This document shows, piece by piece, positions 10,301-20,603 of a stretch of 64,000 nt of DNA (position 1 is its first letter; every line of letters starts with the position of its first letter). The position numbers were made by a program, and so were the translations under genes. Origin of the DNA: Tubulanus polymorphus. Taxonomy: Eukaryota; Animalia; Nemertea. The notes beneath the pieces were generated by a model. It made no database searches. It saw only the letters and a list, made by a program, of their open reading frames with translations, and was not told the DNA's origin. The stretch covers positions 18,498,210 through 18,562,209 of the forward strand of contig NC_134030.1 of the NCBI RefSeq assembly GCF_964204645.1, written 5' to 3'.

Positions 10301-13107
10301 GAGCGAGGTGATGGGAGTGAGGTGAGGGGAATATGAGTAAGTTCATGAGGGGAATATGAGTGAGGTGAGGGGGGAGTGAGGTCACGAGGGGAGTATTACC
10401 TGTTATCGGTAGTCGAGGTTGAGTTGAATAAATCTGTGCTGGTTTCTGATGAGGATTCATTCCGTATCTCAAACTCAATTGTGACTCATTCTCGCTGAAT
10501 TGTTGTCTAAAGTAATTAGAGATCGCGCAATCGTACGCAGCCGTGTGGTTAAACGCCTAGAAATATACACACCAGGGGGCGCTTTTTGAAATAGATCTAC
10601 ATAAATCGGTATCACTCTATGACATCATGGCTAACAGTAGTAAATATACCTTCACAGCTAACTGTTGTCTGGTTTTAAGTGTTGTGTTTGCTTCGTTCAA
10701 CTTCATTTCTTCATTGATTCTATTAAACGCATCAAGAAATATGTTTCAGCTACAGAAAGGGGTGGTGATTGAGTGGAGGTGATTGACGTGGTTGAGGGGA
10801 GGTGATTGAGTGGAAGTGATTGACGTGGTTGAGGGGAGGTGATTGAGTGGAGGTGATTGACGTGGTTGAGGGGAGGTGATTGAGTGGAGGTGATTGACGT
10901 GGTTGAGGGGAGGTGATTGAGTGGAGGTGATTGAGTGGAGGTAATTCAGGTGGTTGATGGGAGGTGGTTGAGTGGAGATGGTTGAGGTGGTTGAGGGGAG
11001 GTGGTTGAGGGGAAGTAGTTGAGGGGAGGTGGTTGAGGGGAGGTGGTTGAGTGGAGGTGGTTGAGTAGAGGTAGTTGAGTGGAGGTGGTGGAGCTGGGTG
11101 AGGAGAGGTGGTTGAGGGGAAGTGGTTGAGGGGAAGTGGTTGAGGGGAGGTGGTTGAGGGGAGAGAGGACTGTTACCTGTTATAGTCTGATGGTTCGCAC
11201 ACTACTGTCACTCTTGAATGGTTTTTAGCTGCTGCTCGCAATAAAGTAACTCCACCTAAAATATATACAAATATCTGTTCATAGAACTAGCAGAGACAGG
11301 GGTGAGGGACAGTGAGGGGCAGCTGGGGTGAGGGACGGTGAGAGGCGCCCGGGTTGAGTGACCGTGAGGGGATACGAACCTATATCGATGTTTTCGACAG
11401 CATCGGCAACTGTAACGTCCGGTTTGGAGACTGTTTTTACGAACGGATACAAATTACACACGACCAACCTTCAAAACATACACAAAACTAATTAAATACA
11501 TACACAACACTAATTAGGCCTAAATACATACGCAATACTAATTAAATACATACATAACACTAATTAGATACATACATAACACTAATTAAATATGTACGCA
11601 ACACTAATTAAATACATACGCAATACTAATTAAATACATACATAACACTAATTAGATACATACATAACACTAATTAAATATGTACGCAACACTAATTAAA
11701 TACATATGCAATACTAATTAAATACATACATAACACTAATTAGATACATACATAACACTAATTGAATACATACATAACACTAATTAAATATGTACGCAAC
11801 ACTAATTAAATACATACACAATACTAATTAAATACATACGCAACACTTAATAAATACATATGCAACACTAATTATATACATTCGCAACACTAATCAAATA
11901 CATACACAACACTAATTAAATACATACGCAACACTAAATAAATACATACAAATATGCACAACACTAATTGAAAAAATGCACAACACTAATTGAAAATATG
12001 CATAACACTAATTAAAAATACAAATGAGTAATGTGTGCTGACGGTACCTGATGAATTGATATCCCTCGGTTTGTAAATCATTTTGATCAGCCGGGTTGTG
12101 GCGAGCGAGGATTCCAGCGTGGACGGCCGGATGTAACGTTTTAACACGACCTTCCAGTAATTCACGAGCACCGGTTACATCTGATACATCGCTGACGGGA
12201 ATACCAGCATCGCGGATACATCTCGCCGTTCCTCCGGATGCGATCAACTTCAGGTGATGCAGCGAATGCAGATCGCGGGCGAATTCAACTAAACCAGTTT
12301 TATCAGAAACGCTCAGGATAGCTACGGGATAGAGATTGAAAACGGTCATCCTTATTACCGAGATGAACCGAGATGAAATGAAATATAACATATTCATTTA
12401 TTCCTTATCGATTTTAACAATTGACATCGTATCATATCAGTAATAAATGCCTGCTGGAGTCATATTTTACATATTTTGTCGGATATTTTTGTAGAAAAAT
12501 AACTTTTAACTTTACCGAGATGAGATCGTCGATCAATCAAATTCAATGAAATTTTATTGCTAACCGAGTTTACGTATTTGAAGTCAAAATTTTTTTTAAT
12601 AAAAAAAATATGTAAAATATGACTCTAGAAGGTATTTATTACTGATATAACATGATTTAAAGTGTTAAAATCGATAAGGAATAAATAAATATGTTATATT
12701 TCATTTCATCTCGGTTCGTCTCGGTAAAATACGTCATCTCGGTAATAAGGATGACCCATTGAAAAGTGCTCTTTTTCTTGAAATAGAACCGCCCCTCCTT
12801 AACAGCTCGGCATGACGGGCCGGGGCCGAGTTTCACGAAAAAGTTTAAGCCTAAAATGGTTTAGTTTGAATTGTTGTCCTCATTGAAAACATGAAGTAAC
12901 CAATGGCAATTACACCAAAAATTTGAGTTAAACATTTTCGTGAAACTGGGCCCTGCGGCTAGGACCGCTAGGTTAATGAACCAGTTCCCACTAAACTTAC
13001 ACTGAATTGAATTTAAGTTTAAACTAATAAATATATATTCACTGATCTCTCTATTTGTGAGAAGCTCCTGACGATACAAGATATCAATATTTACCTAAAT
13101 CACTCAT
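5895..13107 (-). CDS. ATIC: Bifunctional purine biosynthesis protein (AICAR transformylase / IMP cyclohydrolase), 13 exons, 590 aa
   Basis: Exons 13107-13095, 12321-12048, 11468-11380, 11255-11177, 10719-10650, 10556-10400, 10181-9948, 9523-9348, 8306-8011, 7480-7372, 7278-7219, 7063-6968, 6014-5895. All GT-AG and phase-consistent, total 1773 nt. Motifs [75 protein letters not shown]. Confidence 0.98.
6361..6993. repeat. 80-bp tandem repeat x8 containing the last 26 nt of ATIC exon 12 plus its splice donor
   Basis: On the minus strand each unit reads gagacagcattgacc(g/a)ggctaaacag|gtac(g/a)cataac. Donor GT at 6967, 6887, 6807, 6727, 6647, 6567, 6487 and 6407. Confidence 0.95.
7115..7200. repeat. 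29-bp tandem repeat in ATIC intron 11
   Basis: cagtaattaggtgatcatcacacaatgat, ~3 copies. Confidence 0.8.
7323..7370. repeat. (CAGA)n microsatellite abutting the ATIC exon 10 donor
   Basis: Directly visible. Confidence 0.95.
7514..7955. repeat. (GACT)n-based degenerate minisatellite, ATIC intron 9
   Basis: Repeating gactgactgactccac(c)agag blocks. Confidence 0.9.
8288..8939. repeat. 40-bp tandem repeat, ~16 copies, containing the ATIC exon 9 splice acceptor and first 19 exon nt
   Basis: Minus-strand unit tgttctgaattaatttaacag|atagatgagaattatgaac; the true exon starts at 8306 with the same sequence. Confidence 0.95.
8941..9341. repeat. 23-bp tandem repeat (gagtgagttattctagctgtggc), ~17 copies, ATIC intron 8
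   Basis: Period-23 array starting a few nt inside the exon 8 donor. Confidence 0.95.
9552..9937. repeat. 32-bp tandem repeat (gatccaccaggtggcactggtagtgtgacaat), ~12 copies, filling ATIC intron 7; CTCF-consensus core
   Basis: Period-32 array; CCACCAGGTGGCAC in most units. Confidence 0.95.
10225..10392. repeat. ~37-bp G-rich tandem repeat, ATIC intron 6
   Basis: gaggtcatgaggggaatatgagtgaggtgatgggagt units. Confidence 0.85.
10760..11165. repeat. G-rich tandem/low-complexity repeat, ATIC intron 4
   Basis: gagtggaggtgattgacgtggttgaggggaggtgatt and ggttgaggggaggt units. Confidence 0.9.
11487..12020. repeat. 22-bp AT-rich tandem repeat (actaattaaatacatacgcaac), ATIC intron 2
   Basis: Period-22 array, ~24 copies. 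Confidence 0.95.
12343..12757. mobile_element. MITE with ~135-bp imperfect terminal inverted repeats and 8-bp TSD (hAT-like)
   Basis: Ends cggtcatccttattaccgagatg / catctcggtaataaggatgaccc; flanking direct repeat attgaaaa at 12335-12342 and 12758-12765. Confidence 0.85.
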
Positions 13108-16100
13108 TTTCAATACGTGACACTCGATTATATCGGAGATATTCCACAGTGGAATTTGTGAGTCGAAGTGGAAACACGTGTGTGGAACCGGATGTAAACA
13201 TGGGTTGAGGTTCGTCGCAATGCGGCGTAGTATAAATTCAATTCAATTTTGCTTTATTGATCCATTTAAGCATTAAGTTAATAAAGACAATTTAAGTACG
13301 ACGTAAATCTGTTTTTTTTAAATAATGAAGCGAAACTCATTAAAATGTATCATAACTCAGTAAACTGTAACGAAAATTCCATGATCTAGAAGAACCAGTT
13401 CGCACAATGACAGACAGCACCTCGGGTTCGAATCCCACGCAGCTGCAAGTTTGACTAGTTGTCAAGCTCTTGACGCTTATTTTGTGACCCTCAGTAAACT
13501 TTAACAATTCAATCGTCAAAAACTTATATTTATTTACTATATGTATATTCTTTGCAGTTAACACAATAAAGGAAAAAATATACCTTAAAAGCAATGTCTA
13601 AAATGGTTGCAATTTTGTTCTAGAGCCTGAGATACTACATTCTTGCAGTACAAAGAGACGCGGACTGGTGCCTGATTGAAACAAGAAACATGAAACATGA
13701 AACAAGAAACGCGAAACATGAATCATGAAACAAGAAACCTTGCCGTCAGTACGAACTAGTCAGCCGGGGACAAAAGATAAGACGATTTACGAAAGCGCGC
13801 ATATAAAATCGTTACACCGCAATTTTAGAATTTTCAGAGCAATAATTAAAAGTTATTTCAAGCTTTTCTCATAATACGATTTATATTGTATAGAATTACT
13901 TAACGCCAAAGTGTCAATCGTACACATACATTTATATTTAACCCGCGGCTGTTTCGTATGGTCTGAACTCAGTAATTAAATAGTTTGCGGCGCTCAACCA
14001 ACCGAAAACACCTGTTCGTCAATGTGTCACGATCACCTATAGATTTAGTATAACAAATACTTTATAAAAATAACTGACTTGATTTGTGTGTAATCGTCGT
14101 GGACTGTATAGCGCTGAAATAACTAACTCCAGACACCACCGAACCCGATCAGAGAGGAGTCATGTAAAACTACAAGAGGCATCACGTAGAGGTAGGGGTG
14201 CTTCTTGAGTGCTAAATTACTGTATTATTTTGCTTAGAAATTCAATTTGTGGATTTTTCCCGGAAGAATGCAAGCATAGTTTCGAAGAAATAGAAGTTTT
14301 GATAATATTTACCGCTATTCCTTTGTCCACAACATTAGCTGTGATTAATATATATGTAATAATGGATGATGAATTTCATCGAGGCCAGTTTTAAATGACA
14401 GTAAACAGTTTGGGGGCAATAAAGAATTCAATGTTGAAAATTAGGGAAAAATACAAAAAACGAAAAAATTCAATAAGATATAGAAGGAAACACACAAAAA
14501 TAAATAATCATTTTTAAAATTTGTAATTTTGAAGAATAGATAATTCGATAGAATAATTGAGTGAGAAACTGTAGGCGAAATAAGAATTGATATCACAAAC
14601 TGTAGGCGAAATAAGAATTGATATCATAAACTGTAGGCGAAATAAGAATCCATGAAAGGAAATACGTACAGTATTATTTGTCTATAGTGTATCTGATAAT
14701 GTATCATGCACGACTGATTGTAGACTCGACCCCCGGGGTTCAGCGCACGGTTTCTAAAAGCATTTTAATGAAGAATTTCCTTCCGTATAAGAATTTACCC
14801 AAACATACAAACAATAAGAGATAGTTTCCTTAAGGGCAGGAAAAATATATCTACACAAAGTGACACTTAGTAACACTGTTGGCTGTTAGATAATTAAATA
14901 GCGTTTCAAAGAATTATTTTATTTCAATCATTTATAAAGTATCGTGCATTAGTTGAGAATGTTAGTGTTAGTATCGCCGCGCTCATATATCTTAAAAAAT
15001 GGCGAATTATGTCGAAGATTTTTTACTGGAATTGTTCATATATTTAACTCATCACAGTGATTATAACTGTTGGATCTACGTTTAGGCACTTCTAGAACAA
15101 TTACTACCTCCATAAACACCCGTATGATACCATCAAACTAATCAAATGATTTGATAAGCTAAGTACGCTTAATTTGCTGATGTCATAGGGTGATTTATGG
15201 AGGCAGTTATTTGATCGAGGAAATGTTGTATGGAACGGACAGACAGCTGCTATTGTCGTGAGCTTTTTTATCTAATCAATCATAATCATTACTGCTGCTA
15301 CTGCTGCATGCCGCTGCCGCTGCCGCTGCTAAGACGACTGCTTTTGTTCGGCAGTTATTAAGTTACTCGATGTGAAATCGTCCGTATGGCAACGACTTCC
15401 GGTTATTATCGATCCGGCAACATTACACGTGTAAATTAACCCTGTCCGCTCCCCTCCCTCTCTCCATACTCTCCACCCCTCCCCTCTCCCTCCCTCCTCT
15501 CCACCACTCTCCCTCTCCGCTCTTCCCTCCCCACTCCCCTCTCCCTCTCTCGATCCCTCCCTCTCTCCCTCCCTCTCGTCTCCCTCGCTCTGCATGTGTC
15601 GCGTTCATCATCAGCTAATGACACACACCGGATCACACAACACAGACACAGACACAGCTCTGGTCGCTTCTGTTGGATACATAAACAACTAGTGAAATAA
15701 ACAATGGCCGCGGTTCCGCGACTCTGACAATCATTTATTGATTGTAAACGTGGATCATGTTGTCGGTTTCGCTTTTGTGATATTTATTTTCACAAATCCG
15801 GAATTTTAGTTTCGGGGAAGGCGACAATTACAAAACACGGAAGAGCTACGTAGGACCCGATTCTAGACGGTTCAGTGGATGTTGAGGTTATCTGAGATTT
15901 ACCTGTGTTCTGTCTGAGATATCGGTTTCGGGCAGCTAGAGTTATTTGAGATTTACCCGTGCTGTTTTTGAAATATCGAGTTCGGGCAGCAGTGAATGGA
16001 TATTTTATAAAAGCGGGGAATAGAGAGTACACTTTGAAACGCGGTATATTGGAAAATCGTTGATAAAATTCATCCATAACAAATAAACCGTTTTCGTGAC

Positions 16101-16199
16101 ACATAATCGACTCTTCTAGCAACAGCAGCAGCAGCAGTAGCAGCAGCAGCAGCTGCAGCTGCTATGTTACTATGAGATGTGTAAACTCGGATCTAAGAG

Positions 16200-19100
16200 A
16201 TGTCTGAAATGGTAAGCAATACGTATATCTGCAGAATTGTATCAGATATCAGTAAACTTAATTTGAATCAAGACGTCTCTAAAGCATTTGATCTTGTTTA
16301 ATACATTTTATTATCGTGTAAATAACGCGCCCACTACCTAGTCATCCGAATATTCGGCCCTCTCGAGGAACCAGTTCTCGTGGTATCAGGTCATCATCTT
16401 GGAAAATTCGTCTATCATTTTTGAGTCTCAGTTTCTATTTCTAATTCAAGTCGTCGTGATCATATCGATCTCCACAAATATTGATTTCAGCGCGTGATTT
16501 CCCGAGGATCAGTTACTTGTGGATTTTAAGAGACTTGTTTTATCCGTTCACGTATATCTACCAAATCAACTGCAGCTCATGACGAACGACAAACTGGACG
16601 CAGTAGTTGTTAATGTGATTTCTAACACGATACAACGCGTGGATGTGTGGTCTATATCGAGTGAGAAGTTTAAATTGAACCTGTTGACAGCGGATTGAGT
16701 GATTCGTATTACTGTGACCCAATCTGAAGTTCATTATCAATAAGTGGTTATTAATGTGAATCTAGAGAAGGGTGTAATGTATCAATAATAATTAATTGAT
16801 CGCGATCACGAATAGTTTATTGAAGTCAGGCAGGAACCGTGTGACTGCGCGTTAGGGATATTAGAACATTCATTCCAATATACTCGAGTCCGACCGTGAT
16901 ACAATTAAAACTTTTATAGCCTGTAAAACCTATAAATAAAGCGTACAATAACGTTTCACTGTAAAATAACTCGTGATTAAATAAGATTATTTAATGCGCG
17001 ATAAAACATCAATAACTTATTCACAATGAGAACTTTCTTCTGGAATTTATATTGTAGAATTTCCATTCAAATTTCTGTAATTGAGAAATTTTATTAGTCG
17101 TCAAATTCAGAATTATTTATGTACGTGGTATTTCAATTCGTGGTTAGAACCAAAGTCGATCAACACAGATCTGAAATATACGTAAAATCTTCCCGCATTG
17201 CATTTCAGAAATGCCCGAAAGGATCCTTTCACGTGGAGCCACTCGACCTTGAAGAACTACGCAAGGAACAGAGACGCCTGGCGGCATTAATACGAATTCA
17301 GCGGGTTCGAATCCCAATTTTTTCCAAGGTATTTCATTTGACCTGCTCGAGTCGATAACTTATGAATGTTTACGAATTGATTCTCCTTACAAAGTTCAAC
17401 AACTATTTGTGTTATCATTCTTAGATAAATACAATGTGTCAAAAACAACGTTGAATACTGATTCAAGATTGGAATTTCAAATATTTCAGGCTTATCAAAT
17501 AATTTACTTCATAACCCGGACCCAGTTCCACAGTTCTGAGTTAAGATTTAAATCGGAGTTAACTCATTGCAAGTGAACTAATTCTAACTCAGAGATAACT
17601 CTTACTCACAATCCACAAATCACTGGATCCAGTTTATTTGTTTTTTAGAAATCTCGACAAGCGAACGTTGCTATGGAATTAAAACTATTGGGGAATGTTG
17701 AATTCAAGCGGAAATTTAACCCGACTTTGGACAAACTGAAACACGACGTGAAATCAGTTTTAGACGGCGAAAAAATATTGAACAAAAAACAACTACAAAA
17801 CGGGTTCTATTACGTGCAGGACCGCAACAACGAACTATTTCCTCGCGCAGGGAGACGGCGAGAACGACCGCGTCACGGCCGCCATCGCCGCGGACGAATC
17901 GATCTCGATGGCTATAGTAGCGACACTAGCGGCGATTATTCGAACGAACAGCTCGGGTTGAGCTCGCGGAAGTTGGGATCGGTGCCACGACTGAAGAAGG
18001 ATGGAGCGGCTACAAGTCGACGTGAAAGTCTAACATCTACAGATCACAAATCAGGAAACGCGTATGCTAATGAGCAGTTCGGTTACAGCGATTTTAAATC
18101 GCAGATCGCGAAGTCGGTCGACGGCGCTGCGACCACCGGCGATAAAATATCGCTACCCGATATCGGTTTAAATAACAAAATCGCGAAAACGCAGCGAAAA
18201 AAACACGACAACAAAAATAACATCTCAAACGACGGCGAAACTCAAGCGAAAAATGAAATACATATACACATCCCAGAATCCTACGCGACATTATCCCGTG
18301 ATACAACGCGTTTCCCGCCGTTAACCGCATCTAGAGGGAACTCAATAGGTGGCGCTAGCGTCGAGTCGGTACAGACTCCGCAAAGGTTGAAATTAACGCA
18401 CGGTAAACGAGTAGGTGCTGGTGCTGGTGCTGGTGCTGGTGCTGGTGCTGGTGCTAGTGCGTCCGGGGATTATATCGGTGACCTGGAGGACGGCGCCAGG
18501 TGGCGTCGTGAGCGTAGTGGTACATTCACCCGCGAGGAGGCGCTAGGGTTGATCAGAGTTACCAGTTTCCATAGCGACGGTAGTTTTTGCGTGTGCGAGA
18601 ATGGGCCAGTGATTGCGTCTTGCGAGGAGTGCGGGAAAGCCGTCCATAAAAACAACTGTTCCAGATTTTCGGCCAATCAGAAGTTGACTTGCTCGAATTG
18701 TGGGCGGAAGGCCGCCTTGAAACGGAAGTCGAGCGATTCGACTTCCGGTGAAGGGTCATTCGTAGATGCGAGGAGACGCACGTCGGGTCAAGGTCACCAG
18801 AAACAGGACGAGACAAAAGAGGTCGCTGCGGCGGTGGACGGAGGGGTCGGTTTTGTTCCTGAAAATGCAGCAACTCCTACCGGTGATTCTCAGAACTATT
18901 TGAGGATGTTAGATGCTAAGCTGAAAGCGGGAGAATTCGATGCGCCCGAAACCAATAGCGACACGGCGGGGACCGTCTCAAAGTCGAAACAAATCGAGAG
19001 TTTGGATTTACAATTTACGACAAGCGTCAACAAACCTAAAACTAAAGTCGATCAATACAGAGAGGCCTATATAAAAGCGTTATCAGCGGCTCGAGGTTAT

Positions 19101-19412
19101 AATAGACCGGTCAAACCGTGGATGTTAGCTACAAATACATCTCGAGCCTTCGCATTCTCCTACTTTAAAATTTGGCCCAGGAAAAACCCAATCGAAATCG
19201 GCATCAGATCGAAATCTCCCAGTAGATCGAGACCTGGTAAATTGGCGCCCCTGAAAATGATTTTCGGCGATGTAAACCCCGACGACTATATCTACGGGGG
19301 TCCCATGAACCCGCGACCGGGTGGACACCAGATAACGATCACACCTCCCCCTGGTGGTGAGAAAAAACGTAAAAAGAACACGAAAGCGAAACAGAAGAAA
19401 AAGAAACGATAA
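16200..19412 (+). CDS. Uncharacterised 631-aa basic, largely disordered protein with a degenerate PHD-like Cys/His cluster and a C-terminal Lys-rich NLS-like tail
   Basis: Exons 16200-16211 (MSEM, upstream in-frame stop, donor gtaagc), 17209-17328 and 17649-19412, all phase 0. Includes the 579-aa ORF. Cluster CVC-x8-CEEC-x4-H-x3-C-x10-CSNC; ends KKRKKNTKAKQKKKKR. Confidence 0.8.
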
Positions 19413-20603
19413 CGCCCCCTAGTGGTCCGAACGATTAGGGTTAAAGACTCCGGGATCAGGAGCTAGTGCAGGATGTATAGTATAAAGACCCGTTGAATCC
19501 AGCTGCAGTGGTCTTAGATTAGTTCGACTATTCTAGATTGGTCTTAAGACAAACTCTAGTGGATTTAGCTTAAAGTGACTTAAGTCTTTCTAATCCTCTA
19601 ATGTACATAAATTGGGTTCGTGATTATTCGTGATTATTACCATTGTAATTCTCCTGCTGTCTACTTAAATGATATTTGCACTTTAAGAATTGTGATGTAA
19701 TGAAATAATAAGAACTTAAAAAACAAATATCATTTCGTTTCTTTTTTCTTTGACCACAAATGGCTAGGGTTAGGGTTAGGGCTAGGGTTAGGGTCATAAA
19801 CAGTTAGACGGCGTTTTCTTGTTTATACTCGTCGACGTCCGAAACCGTTAAGTGTCCATAGTGCGAGACACATTCGGCGTCCGGCCCACATTCGGACTCT
19901 ATCTCCCCGGAAAATTTCTAGCCGTCTGTTCTGAGGCAAAAGGCAAAGTTTACATCACATAATCAAGATAACACAGAATAACTTTGAACTGTCCAGTGAA
20001 AACTGCTGCATCTGGTTTTGTCATCCGATTGTGGATTCTTTGAAATTCATTCAAAATCTCAGAAATTGATGCAGTAGGTTAGCGGTAAGTGGTACCGGCT
20101 GGTCACCGGTCAGCACACCTGACTGGTCACCAGTCACCACACTGACCAGACAAACCTTCCATTTGGAAAATGTCAAGACATTTTTCGTGGATTACTTATC
20201 CATCTTTGGAGTTAGTAACTGCCCCTGTAAACTCGTGGTTACATGCATTCTACTGTATCAGTCATACATATGTTTTATCCACTTATGATTTCTATATATC
20301 ACCAAGTAATGGTTCTAGAAGAAACTACTAGCGACAACAGTAGTTGATGATGAAATAGCTTCATTATCCTGACTGAAATATGCATTATCAGGAGGTATAT
20401 ATCAGGAGTTCAATAACACCAAAAATATAAACATATTCAAACCCTTAAGATAAATTATAGTTTATTAAGATACATAATGAATTATGTGAGAATTTTGATT
20501 GAATTGTCATATCGTTATACGCTCGCCATCTAGCGGGTTAGGGGTGCATCACGGGGAACCTCATCACGGGTTAGCTGGTGCTGCAAGGGAGACCTCCTCG
20601 TCA

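Noticed and set aside
5895-13107. Horizontal (bacterial purH) origin of ATIC
   Set aside because: Twelve spliceosomal introns and animal-type sequence ([19 protein letters not shown] end) indicate an ordinary vertical orthologue.
13400-13450. tRNA-like GGTTCGAATCC (also at 17304 and 56342)
   Set aside because: Only a B-box/T-arm motif; no cloverleaf could be built. The 17304 copy is inside a coding exon.
15329-15636. Gly/Glu/Arg-rich ORFs (also 1128-1503)
   Set aside because: Translations of polypurine/polypyrimidine low-complexity tracts.
19762-19794. Telomere-like TTAGGG runs (also 3856-3916 and 55010-55630)
   Set aside because: Short, degenerate and interstitial; no evidence of a chromosome end or fusion.
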